A stretch of 19,676 nucleotides of DNA from Salpingoeca rosetta (lineage: Eukaryota; Protista; Choanoflagellata). Shown here piece after piece: positions 1 through 19,676 of this stretch; the stretch's first letter is position 1, and each line of letters begins with the position of its first letter. The translations under genes and the position numbers were made by a program. The stretch is taken from assembly GCA_033442325.1 (NCBI GenBank), contig JAWQFM010000013.1, positions 89,464-109,139 on the forward strand, read 5' to 3'. Under the pieces are notes generated by a model, which was not told the origin of the DNA, did not search any database, and worked only from the letters and a program-made list of their open reading frames with translations.

Positions 1-1187
1 ACGACAGGCTCAGCACGCCGCTGTCCATGTTCAGCGACAGCGCGAGCAGGCGCGCGGGCAGGGCATCCTGCACAACCTGTGTTGCGTTGGCTGTGACGGG
101 CAAGTTTGCGTTGCCGGCCGCATCGCGGATGGCACCTGCCAGCAACTGCAGGTACGTGTTGTCCACCGTCGTTCCGAGGCCAGTCCTGGCACGCACCTCG
201 TTTGCGGCAGCCTGGGTCAGGGTGAAGCCAAGGGTCGTGCTGTTGGCGGCTGGGGCGTCCACAGCCACCGCATCCAGCGCAACAGCCACAGTCGCGCCCG
301 TGGCGGCGTTGACCAGGCGGGCCTGCGTCGCATCAAACGTTGCCCTGGCCACAACCTCGTCAAAGGTGAGGCGCAGCACACCAGAGGTCATGTTGAGGGC
401 AAAGCTCTGCAGCACAGGGCCAGTTGCGTCGGCGACATAGCTGACCGCAGCCACGGCAGAAGCAGAGGCAACCTGCCGCATGCTGTTGCCAGCAAAGTCA
501 GCAATGCCACCTGCCGCAACAGCCAGGAACGACGTGCTGCGGCTCACAGCAAGGCCAGCGTCAGCCTTGACGCGGTTGAGCGTCGACACGCTCAGGTCAA
601 TACGCACCTGGGTGGCGTTGCCTGTGCTGCTCGCAGCATCAAGGGCGGCATCAAAAGTCACACCCTCCGCAGTCACGTTCGCGCCACGCGCGGCAACAAG
701 GGAAAACGCACCCACAGCGATGCTGCTCGCGTTCACGTCCTCGCTGAAGCGCAGCACAACAAATCCAGCATCCATGTCAACGTCAAACGCGCTGAGCTGC
801 GGCGGCACAAGGTCAACCGTGTACTCGCTCGGAGCCACAGCGCCGTCTGTTGACGGAGACGCCAACCACGCTCGAGCCAATGGTGTCTGTCACAAGCACA
901 GGATCAAAGCGCAGGTACGTGGTGGCCGCGCTGCGCATCAGCACAGCAAGGCCAGCAGCATCCCGCAGCGCAAGGAAATCGCCCGTGGCAAGCTCAATCG
1001 CCACCTGGCGCTGGCTGCTGCTGGGCACAACAGCGGCTGGAGCGTGCTGCAGGCGGTAAGACTCCGCAGACGTGGCTGCTGTCGCGTTGGACTGGAACAC
1101 AAGGGCAGTGTGGTTGAGCGCGCCCACATCCACAGGCTCGGAGAACACAAGCGTCAGGACAATGGGCGGGCGGGCCTGGTCCATGCG
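1..1187. repeat. Copy 1 of a near-identical direct repeat of at least 1.19 kb (partner 4536-5721)
   Basis: Base-by-base match with offset 4535 (4534 after position ~845). Differences seen cluster at ~53-79, ~184-197 and ~842-846. Confidence 0.95.
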
Positions 1188-2731
1188 CACGCCATAGGAC
1201 ACAAGCACGGGCGCAACAGCATCTGGCGCGAGCACCCGCACAGGCAGCGCAGCCACAGCGACAGAGGGCTGTCCGGCCATGTCAGCGACAAGCGCGCCGC
1301 TTGCGTCGAGGAAGGTGGCGGCGGCAGCCTGCGCAGTGTTGGCAGCAAGCTTGATGGCATCAACCACGCTCACAGAGAGCGTGATGCGCAGCTGAGTGCC
1401 ATCCACAGCAGAGGCAGTGCCGTTGTCCAGCGCAGTGCGCACGGCAAAGGCAGCGTCCGTGTCGTTGGCCAGGACCAGAGCAGAAAGGTCCAGCGACGAT
1501 GCAAGGACCGGCTCTGAGAACTCAAGCACAAGCTCGCCAGACGTCATGTTGAGGTCAAACGCCGTCAGCTCCGGGCTGGTCGTGTCAGCAGTGTAGGCTG
1601 CAACTGCCCTGGCAGACGCCACAGGCACCTCAACAACAGCGTTGCCGGCCGTGTCTGTGGCGGCGTTGGGCAGCACGACAAGGCGAGTGCTGTTGGCCGC
1701 AGTGGCAAGGCTGGCATCCAGCTTGAGCGCGTCAAGGTCGGCGCGGGCAAGCACAACACTCACGTGCGCCAGCTGGCGGCCAAGCTGCGACGAAAGCACA
1801 GCAGAGGCTGCCAGCGTGACATTTGCAACGGGTGCGGCGCCAGCCTCCCGCACAACAACGAAGCGTGGCACAGCCACAGAGGTGGTGTTGATTGGCTCCG
1901 AGAAGGTGAGGTTCAGCACACCAGCATCCATGTCCAGCGTGAAGCTGGTCAGCGCAGGTGCGGTGGTGTCTGCAGTGAAGGCAAGCACAGCCCGTGCATC
2001 TACGGACGCAATGGCGGTGGACGGGTTGGCGCTCAGGTCAAGGACCACGCCAGCCTCGAGCGACACAAAGGCAGTGTCGTTGCTGACCACGCCGGCCTGG
2101 GCCTGGATGGCGCTTGCCTCGGCCGCAGCAATGCTCAGCGTGGCATGGGTGCCCGAGACAACAAGCCGCTCGCCAATGTCAAGGCGAACGCCCGCAGAGC
2201 TGCCGGGCGATGCAAGCAGCGTGATGCCGACAGTTGGCAGGCCAGGGCCCACCAGCACCTCGCTGAACACCATGCTCATCGTGCGCGCATCAAGATCAAG
2301 CGAGACAGACACGAGCGTCGGCGCGCGCGTGTCCTCGCCAAACACGGCCACCTGCTGGGCAGTCGCATCCGCGGCCGCCAGCGTGTTGCCAAAGTAGTCG
2401 TCCAGCAGCCCGTCCACAAACACAAACGTCGTTGAGGCGTTTGTGGCCAGTGCGCGCTTGGCCTGCAGGGCGAGGAAGTCGGCTGCAGTCATGCGCACGT
2501 ACAGCACGCGGTCGTCGGCGCTCTGCGTCAGCGCACCGCCAGTCAGCGACAGCGTGAGGGCAGCGTCGGTTGCGTTTGCAGCGGCGCGCAGCTGGATGCG
2601 GGCGAAGTCGCCCGTGCTGGCGTTGACAGGCTCAGAGAAGGTCAGAGCGAGATCGCCAGCAGTGAGGTTGAAGTCAAAGGACACAAGCGCCGGGGCAGCT
2701 GTGTCGGCGACAAACGCCAATGCCTGCTGTG
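1..2731 (-). CDS. Giant repetitive extracellular-type protein with tandem ~130 aa Ig-like modules, segment A (partial at both ends; 1-nt frameshift at ~842-846)
   Basis: Open minus-strand frame from the gap edge (2731) to ~845 with recurring module starts DTAAPALVSFDFNLTAGDLALTFSEPV, DTRAPTLVSVSLDLDARTMSMVFSEVL, DTTAPALTSFTLDMDAGVLNLTFSEPI, DTTSPELTAFDLNMTSGELVLEFSEPV, DAVAPVLVSYGVRMDQARPPIVLTLVFSEPV. After a 1-nt insertion it continues in another frame to base 1, matching segment B (DLVPP, DATGP, DALPAR modules). More than ten N-x-S/T sequons; no introns or microsatellites. The Ig-like fold is inferred from the DTTAP...FSEPV pattern. Confidence 0.85.
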
Positions 2732-3534
2732 NNNNNNNNNNNNNNNNNNNNNNNNNNNNNNNNNNNNNNNNNNNNNNNNNNNNNNNNNNNNNNNNNNNNN
2801 NNNNNNNNNNNNNNNNNNNNNNNNNNNNNNNNNNNNNNNNNNNNNNNNNNNNNNNNNNNNNNNNNNNNNNNNNNNNNNNNNNNNNNNNNNNNNNNNNNNN
2901 NNNNNNNNNNNNNNNNNNNNNNNNNNNNNNNNNNNNNNNNNNNNNNNNNNNNNNNNNNNNNNNNNNNNNNNNNNNNNNNNNNNNNNNNNNNNNNNNNNNN
3001 NNNNNNNNNNNNNNNNNNNNNNNNNNNNNNNNNNNNNNNNNNNNNNNNNNNNNNNNNNNNNNNNNNNNNNNNNNNNNNNNNNNNNNNNNNNNNNNNNNNN
3101 NNNNNNNNNNNNNNNNNNNNNNNNNNNNNNNNNNNNNNNNNNNNNNNNNNNNNNNNNNNNNNNNNNNNNNNNNNNNNNNNNNNNNNNNNNNNNNNNNNNN
3201 NNNNNNNNNNNNNNNNNNNNNNNNNNNNNNNNNNNNNNNNNNNNNNNNNNNNNNNNNNNNNNNNNNNNNNNNNNNNNNNNNNNNNNNNNNNNNNNNNNNN
3301 NNNNNNNNNNNNNNNNNNNNNNNNNNNNNNNNNNNNNNNNNNNNNNNNNNNNNNNNNNNNNNNNNNNNNNNNNNNNNNNNNNNNNNNNNNNNNNNNNNNN
3401 NNNNNNNNNNNNNNNNNNNNNNNNNNNNNNNNNNNNNNNNNNNNNNNNNNNNNNNNNNNNNNNNNNNNNNNNNNNNNNNNNNNNNNNNNNNNNNNNNNNN
3501 NNNNNNNNNNNNNNNNNNNNNNNNNNNNNNNNNN
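2732..3534. other. Assembly gap (803 N)
   Basis: Run of N in the sequence. Confidence 0.99.
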
Positions 3535-5721
3535 AAGCCGCCAACGGCATTAAGTGTGCAGTTGGCAAGCGGCGTCCCAGCCACAGGTCAAGGGCCTTGA
3601 AGCCCGCTGCACGTCAGCTGTCAGCAGGGACAAGCTCCAGCGTGGTTGACGGCAACAACAGTGACACTGCCGCCAGTGAGTGTGTGTTTGGCCGAGTACG
3701 CGGCCCCGCTTTGCCCACATGGCTGTCTGCAGCGTCATGCCGGTTGCGTGCAGACTCACGCTGTCAATGCTCTCATCAAGCGTCAGTGCCACTGTGCCCG
3801 CCTCGATGTCAATGCCAAAGGACACAAGCCCCGGTGCCGTCGTGTCAGTAACAAATGCCTGTGCTGCCACAAATGGTTCTGTCTCACTGATTGGGTGTGC
3901 GGAGTTTGCATTGAGATCGTCCACAACACCAGCCGTAGCAGACAGGTAACACGTTGAACGCGCACGACAAATGTCTGGGTTAGATTTGACAGCGTTGAGG
4001 TCGCTGGTGGAAAGGGCAATGAGCACAACCGTCGAGCCGGGCCCGCTGTGGTAGCCGCCAAGCACGCGGCCGCCAGTCAGCGTGTAGCTGGCCTCTGGGC
4101 TCTCGAAGAACGACTGCAGCGTGATGCGCGTGGGCCGCGCAGAGGTCACGTTCACAACCTCTGTGAAGCTGAGCGCAATTGTGCCGTTGTTCAGGTCAAA
4201 GTACAAGAAGCCGCGGTCGGCAAGCGCCGGGGCTGTCTGGTCAGCCACAAACACGTCGTTGATCTCCGCATCCGCAACAGCAGGCACAAATGCCCCAGTG
4301 GCATCCTGCACAAGGGTGCCGTTGGCAGACACGGCGCACGCGTCCTGGAACAGGCAAATGCCCGCCAGCTTCAGCGCCGTGATGTCCTCAGCACCAAGCG
4401 CCACGTCGACGACCTGCGTGTAGCCGGAGGTGACAACCGTGCTGTGTGCCAGCGTGTACGTGCTTGTGCTGTTGGCAGCGCGGGCAAGCGTGATGGCAGC
4501 AGGCACCAGCGTGAGGGCTTGCACGGGCTCGCTGTACGACAGGCTCAGCACGCCGCTGTCCATGTTCAGCGACAGCGCGAGCAGGCGTGCGGGGGTCGAA
4601 TCCTGCACAACCTCTGTTGCGTTGGCTGTGACGGGCAAGTTTGCGTTGCCGGCCGCATCGCGGATGGCACCTGCCAGCAACTGCAGGTACGTGTTGTCCA
4701 CCGTCGTTCCGAGGCCAGCTTGAGTGCGTACGTCGTTTGCGGCAGCCTGGGTCAGGGTGAAGCCAAGGGTCGTGCTGTTGGCGGCTGGGGCGTCCACAGC
4801 CACCGCATCCAGCGCAACAGCCACAGTCGCGCCCGTGGCGGCGTTGACCAGGCGGGCCTGCGTCGCATCAAACGTTGCCCTGGCCACAACCTCGTCAAAG
4901 GTGAGGCGCAGCACACCAGAGGTCATGTTGAGGGCAAAGCTCTGCAGCACAGGGCCAGTTGCGTCGGCGACATAGCTGACCGCAGCCACGGCAGAAGCAG
5001 AGGCAACCTGCCGCATGCTGTTGCCAGCAAAGTCAGCAATGCCACCTGCCGCAACAGCCAGGAACGACGTGCTGCGGCTCACAGCAAGGCCAGCGTCAGC
5101 CTTGACGCGGTTGAGCGTCGACACGCTCAGGTCAATACGCACCTGGGTGGCGTTGCCTGTGCTGCTCGCAGCATCAAGGGCGGCATCAAAAGTCACACCC
5201 TCCGCAGTCACGTTCGCGCCACGCGCGGCAACAAGGGAAAACGCACCCACAGCGATGCTGCTCGCGTTCACGTCCTCGCTGAAGCGCAGCACAACAAATC
5301 CAGCATCCATGTCAACGTCAAACGCGCTGAGCTGCGGCGGCACAAGGTCAACCGTGTACTCGCTCGGAGCCACAGCACTGCTGTTGACGGAGACGCCAAC
5401 CACGCTCGAGCCAATGGTGTCTGTCACAAGCACAGGATCAAAGCGCAGGTACGTGGTGGCCGCGCTGCGCATCAGCACAGCAAGGCCAGCAGCATCCCGC
5501 AGCGCAAGGAAATCGCCCGTGGCAAGCTCAATCGCCACCTGGCGCTGGCTGCTGCTGGGCACAACAGCGGCTGGAGCGTGCTGCAGGCGGTAAGACTCCG
5601 CAGACGTGGCTGCTGTCGCGTTGGACTGGAACACAAGGGCAGTGTGGTTGAGCGCGCCCACATCCACAGGCTCGGAGAACACAAGCGTCAGGACAATGGG
5701 CGGGCGGGCCTGGTCCATGCG
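3535..5721 (-). CDS. Giant repetitive extracellular-type protein, segment B (upstream part of the same gene as segment A, or a tandem paralog; partial)
   Basis: Open frame 5721 to ~3700 with modules DLVPPQLSAFDVDMDAGFVVLRFSEDV, DATGPVLQSFALNMTSGVLRLTFDEVV, DSTPARLLALSLNMDSGVLSLSYSEPV, DQTAPALADRGFLYFDLNNGTIALSFTEVV, DTTAPGLVSFGIDIEAGTVALTLDESI. The last ~180 nt before the gap contain indels: the module motif HTLTGGSV appears in a shifted frame at 3663-3686. Confidence 0.85.
4536..5721. repeat. Copy 2 of a near-identical direct repeat of at least 1.19 kb (partner 1-1187)
   Basis: As above; the match is truncated by the window start on one side and by the N-gap on the other. Confidence 0.95.
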
Positions 5722-5821
5722 NNNNNNNNNNNNNNNNNNNNNNNNNNNNNNNNNNNNNNNNNNNNNNNNNNNNNNNNNNNNNNNNNNNNNNNNNNNNNNN
5801 NNNNNNNNNNNNNNNNNNNNN
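5722..5821. other. Assembly gap (exactly 100 N, conventional unknown-size gap)
   Basis: Run of 100 N separating the repeat-protein contig from the TRPM contig. Confidence 0.97.
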
Positions 5822-5866
<45 letters not shown>

Positions 5867-5877
5867 GTGTGTGTGTG

Positions 5878-5919
<42 letters not shown>

Positions 5920-5950
5920 CGTGCTTGCGTGTTCATATGTGTGTGTGCGT
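5822..5950 (+). repeat. Intronic (GT)n microsatellite
   Basis: Long TG run with occasional GC interruptions next to the gap. Confidence 0.95.
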
Positions 5951-6022
5951 GCTCTGATTGCGCCACATCTCATATCCTCACGTCATTTCCGGCACGCTGA
6001 CCGTTGTCCCCCCCCCCCCAAG

Positions 6023-15789
<9,767 letters not shown>

Positions 15790-15799
15790 TGTATGAGAG

Positions 15800-15900
15800 A
15801 GTGTGTGTGTGCATGTGTGCTTGTGTGCTTGTGTGCCTGTGCTTGTGTGCTTGTGTGTGTGTGTGTGTGTCGGTGTGTGTTTGTGTGTGTGTGTCTGCGT
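15800..15900 (+). repeat. (GT)n/(GTGTGCTT)n tract in the presumed 3' UTR of gene 1
   Basis: Begins about 10 nt after the stop codon. Confidence 0.85.
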
Positions 15901-16442
15901 GGCTTTTCGTAGTTTCGTGTGCTTGTTGCTTGCTTTGTTTGACCAGCCATATTCGCTGAAGACGTTTTGTGGAAGATGCCAACGGATGTGGCCGTTGTTG
16001 ATAATTCGTTAAAACTTTGAGTCAATTTTCGTGGCACAACAAGTTGTCAACAAACAAGAAGAAGGCCAACCGCAACGGAGCCAGTGGGCAGACAAACAAA
16101 GCCACACCCACTTCTGCTCAGGACAAGGTGAGGAGATGCAGACGCTGAGGGGTGGAGGCGTGTCCGAGTGACAAGCAAATGTGAGAAGAGGACAGTGTGG
16201 TCTCGGTGCAGCGACCAAGTGTGCAGGGCACACTGTTTGTGTGCGTGTGCTGGTTGAGCGTGAAGCATGCTAATGCTTTCTTCCCTGATACAATCGCTTG
16301 CTGGACTGTTGCTTGCAAGCAACAGGGACACCGCGCACTGTGTGCAATTATCATTGGGTTGTCCTGACGTTGCCTGTGTTCTCTCACGCGCGTGTTATTG
16401 CGTGGTGGCTGCTGCGCGTGTCATCAAAGGTGTGAAGGAGAG

Positions 16443-17521
16443 ATGGGTGACATTTCCATGTCCGTTGTGCGGGCTGCTGGCACCTTCTCGGCCCACCATG
16501 CCAGTGTCCGCCGTCGCGGCAGAGTGCCGGACAAGATCAAGTTTGACGAGGTCAGAAAAAGCATGGCATTTTGTGTGTGTGTGTCTGTGTCTGTGTCTGT
16601 GTGTCTGTCTGTCTGTCTGTCTGTCTGTGTGTGTGTGTGTGTGTCTGTCTGTCTGTCTGTCTCTGTGTCTTTCTCTCGGTGTCTTTCTCTCGGTGTGTGT
16701 GTGTATGTGTGTGGCGTCGCGTTTCACTGTTCCCTCTTCCCCTTCCGTCTGTGTCTGGACACTGCTGCTTTGCACACGCTCTCTCACTCCCTCGACATGT
16801 GCCTCAACCAACCTTGAAGACTAATGAGGACGGAACGGAAGAGAAGACGGAGATGGATCTGAAGCAGTTCATGAAACGGTGAGCAAAGTTGAATGTGAGT
16901 GTGCCCTGTGTTTCTCAAAAGCGTATTGGGAAGGAACCCTCATAAATATGCTCATCACTGCTGTCGCCTGATTGTAATGACTTTTTCCCAGATTCAACAT
17001 GCACCCCTCTCCCAATGAGTCGGAGCCAACAGACGCCTACGGCACACTTCGCTTCCCCGGCAAAAACACCTCGGTGAGTGCTGCGGACGGGAATCGATGT
17101 TCGGACATGCGTGTGTCACTGGTGTGTTGACGTTGTGCAAAACTCACCCTGACATTCCGCTTCTGTGACCAGGCGCCGTACCTCCGCTTGTCGGTGAACG
17201 ACAATCCAGAGGATGCCCTGCTGTTCGTCAAGGGAATGCTGACGCAGAAGTACGGCGAGACATACGACCGCCCCAGCCTGATCCTCAGTGTCACCGGTGG
17301 TGCTCGCAACTTCACGCTCCCGCCACGCCTGGAGACGGCCATTGCCAAAGGTCTTCGCCTTGCCGCACAGCGCACCAACGCCTGGGTCGTCACCGGCGGC
17401 ACAAACACCGGTCAGTTGGCACGTGGTTGTGTGTGTGTGTGTGTGTACTTGCGTTTGTGTGTTTGTGTGTGTGTGTGTGTGTGCGTGCGTGCGTCTGCCT
17501 GTGTGTCTGTCTGTCTGTTTG

Positions 17522-17580
<59 letters not shown>

Positions 17581-17803
17581 GTGTGTGCGTGTGTGCGTGT
17601 GTCTGTGTCTCTGTGTGTCTCTGTGTGTGTGTATGTGCACGACCTTACAACACCCCACCTCACCTCGCTTCACCTCACCTCGCCCCACCTGACACACCAC
17701 CGCTTCTGCTGCAGGTGTGATGAAACTGACTGGCCAGATTATGGAGGCCCTCTCCAAGACGCAGTCCCACTTCATCCCGCCAACCATCGGCATCGGTACG
17801 AAC

Positions 17804-17870
<67 letters not shown>

Positions 17871-17871
17871 A

Positions 17872-17905
<34 letters not shown>

Positions 17906-19044
17906 AATCTGTGAGCGTATTCCTTTGTGTTCGCCTGTCTGTTCTTAACATCTAGAACCGATCACATGCTTCTCATCCAACCTTTGCCGTGTGCCGTGCA
18001 TGTTGCTCATCATCTGTAGCGACGTTCGGCGTGATTGTTGGAGGGGCAGACCTCTCTGCGACCGGCTCGGTGAGTATGACTCCTTGCATGACACATGTTG
18101 ATGGCGTGATTGGGGGTTCCCTTCCCCCCCCCCCCCTCAAAGCATGGTGCTCTTCTTGGGGAACCCTTCGCTGTCTCACCTTCTTCGTTCCTCGCCTGCA
18201 TACATGCATGCATGCATGCACTGGCGCTCCTCATTTCATGGCAATGCTGTTTGCGGCAGAACGAGCCGCCCAAGCGTGACCACTTGTTTGACATCACCAA
18301 GAAGGACGGCTTCAAAGCACCGCTCGATCCAAACCACAACCTGTTTATGCTTGTGGACGACGGCACGACCGAGTTTGGCCGGGAGATTACATTCCGCGCC
18401 GCATTCGAAAAGGTGAAAGGGCTGTTTACTTGTGCGTGGTCGGTGTGTGGATGTCTGTCTGCCTGTTTGCGCACATGACTGTGCATCTGTGGGTTTTCAA
18501 AAGTTTCTTCGCTTGCTGCTTTCAACCATCTCCTTCTCCTTGCAAACCCACCCATGTGTTCCACTCACTGTCACTCGTGGCTTGCACGCAGGCTGCCGCC
18601 ACTGCTTTCGGTGCGCCCGTCATCACCATCGTCGTGCAAGGCGGACCGGGCACGCTCAACACCGCCCTTCAAGCCGGTCAGTCCATGCACGCGCAAAGCG
18701 CTGGGCTTGTGTGAAAGGCATCAGAGTCTGTAGTGCACCAAACACTCTGTGTGAGTGAGTGTGTGTGTGTGTGTGTGTACGTGTGTGCGTGCGTGTGTGT
18801 GTGTGTGTGCATTTGCGCTGTGTGAGGGTGTTGTGCAGCCCCCTTTTCACGCTTTCCCTCGCGTCCATGTTGCTTGCACGCTACCCACAGTTCGGCAGGG
18901 CACACCGATTGTCGTTGTTGACGGCTCTGGCCTTGCTGCTGACGTTCTTGCATACGCATACAACTTCATGCACAACCCACGGTACGGGCACATTTTGCAT
19001 GCCAGACGAAAGACAAGACGTGCACTCCTGTGTGTGTGTGTGTG

Positions 19045-19077
<33 letters not shown>

Positions 19078-19335
19078 TTGCACCAATGTAGTCACCCATG
19101 CTTGCGTGCGTGCGCTTCACAATCCCGCCCTCTCCCCGGTCGTTCACGCTGTCGCCCCGCGAAACGATGTGTCACGCAGGTCTCGGTTCACCTCGTACAC
19201 GATTGAGGACCTGAAGACGATGGTGAAGAACACGTTCAACACGGGGGACGATGACGCCAAATTGACGCAACTGCTCGATAAAGCCCTCGAATGCGTCTAC
19301 GATCCGAACTTGGTGAGAAGCTGTTGTTTGCGTGC

Positions 19336-19373
<38 letters not shown>

Positions 19374-19612
19374 AAATTTGATTGCCTTTGTACTTGTTTT
19401 TGCATGCCTGATTGCTTGGGTGTTGAAACATGTGCGCGTGTATGTGTGCTTGCTGGCGCCATGTCTGTTCGAGCGCTCACCAGCAATCGGTATTGTGGAC
19501 ATTCAGGTGGTGGTGTACAGCCTGCAGGAGAGCGGCATTGACGAGTTTGACGACTGCATCCTCAAGGCCATCTTCTCCAGCCACGGCACCCTCAAGAACA
19601 AACTCAAGCAAG
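16443..19612 (+). CDS. TRPM2: Second TRPM (TRPM2-like) paralog, N-terminal MHR1/2 (SLOG) to start of MHR3 (gene 2; spliced; 3'-partial; start codon tentative)
   Basis: GT-AG exons with consistent phases: 16443-16550, 16820-16878, 16992-17073, 17173-17410, 17715-17795, 18020-18069, 18260-18412, 18592-18676, 18891-18981, 19180-19312, 19507-19612. Motifs: [115 protein letters not shown]. The channel and Nudix parts lie outside the window, so the TRPM2 subtype is inferred from similarity to gene 1. Confidence 0.88.
16572..16712 (+). repeat. Intronic (GT)n/(GTCT)n microsatellite
   Basis: Seen directly. Confidence 0.92.
17428..17637 (+). repeat. Intronic (GT)n microsatellite
   Basis: Seen directly. 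Confidence 0.93.
17806..17905 (+). repeat. Intronic (GT)n + (GTCT)n microsatellite
   Basis: Seen directly. Confidence 0.94.
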
Positions 19613-19619
19613 GTGGCTT

Positions 19620-19629
19620 TGTGTGTGTT

Positions 19630-19676
<47 letters not shown>
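19620..19676 (+). repeat. Intronic (GT)n microsatellite running off the window
   Basis: Seen directly. Confidence 0.92.

Noticed and set aside
813-3584. 923 aa ORF with start at 3584 and stop at 813 as a complete gene
   Set aside because: The start lies in indel-ridden contig-end sequence across an 803-N gap, and the stop results from the 1-nt insertion at ~845.
3535-3720. Real C-terminus and stop (TAA at 3550) of segment B
   Set aside because: Module motifs continue in shifted frames (HTLTGGSV, KALDL), indicating sequencing indels at the contig end.
1-5721. LTR pair or transposon suggested by the long direct repeat
   Set aside because: The repeat is internal protein-coding sequence; no transposase, RT or integrase motifs and no terminal signatures.

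Overview
Eukaryotic, intron-rich, draft-quality DNA with two N-gaps and (GT)n/(CA)n microsatellites in most introns. The style and proteins point to a choanoflagellate, probably Salpingoeca rosetta or a relative (inference). Left part (1-5721, minus strand): intron-free coding sequence for a giant protein built from ~125-135 aa Ig-like/beta-sandwich modules (D-x-x-x-P-x-L-x-x-F-x-L-[DN]-M-x-x-G-x-L-x-L-x-F-S-E-P-V). It is rich in N-glycosylation sequons and shows a higher-order ~4.5 kb near-identical duplication. Right part (6023-19676, plus strand): two tandem TRPM2-like channel genes. Gene 1 (26 visible exons, 6023-15789, 5' end lost in a gap) encodes MHR/SLOG, S1-S6, TRP helix, an unusual 9-Cys cluster, a coiled coil and a NUDT9-H domain with an intact Nudix box (channel-enzyme), but has frameshifts in its S1 exon. 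Gene 2 (about 16443 to the window end, 11 visible exons) is a diverged paralog with the same intron positions except one. Most other ORFs in the track are antisense shadows or microsatellite translations.
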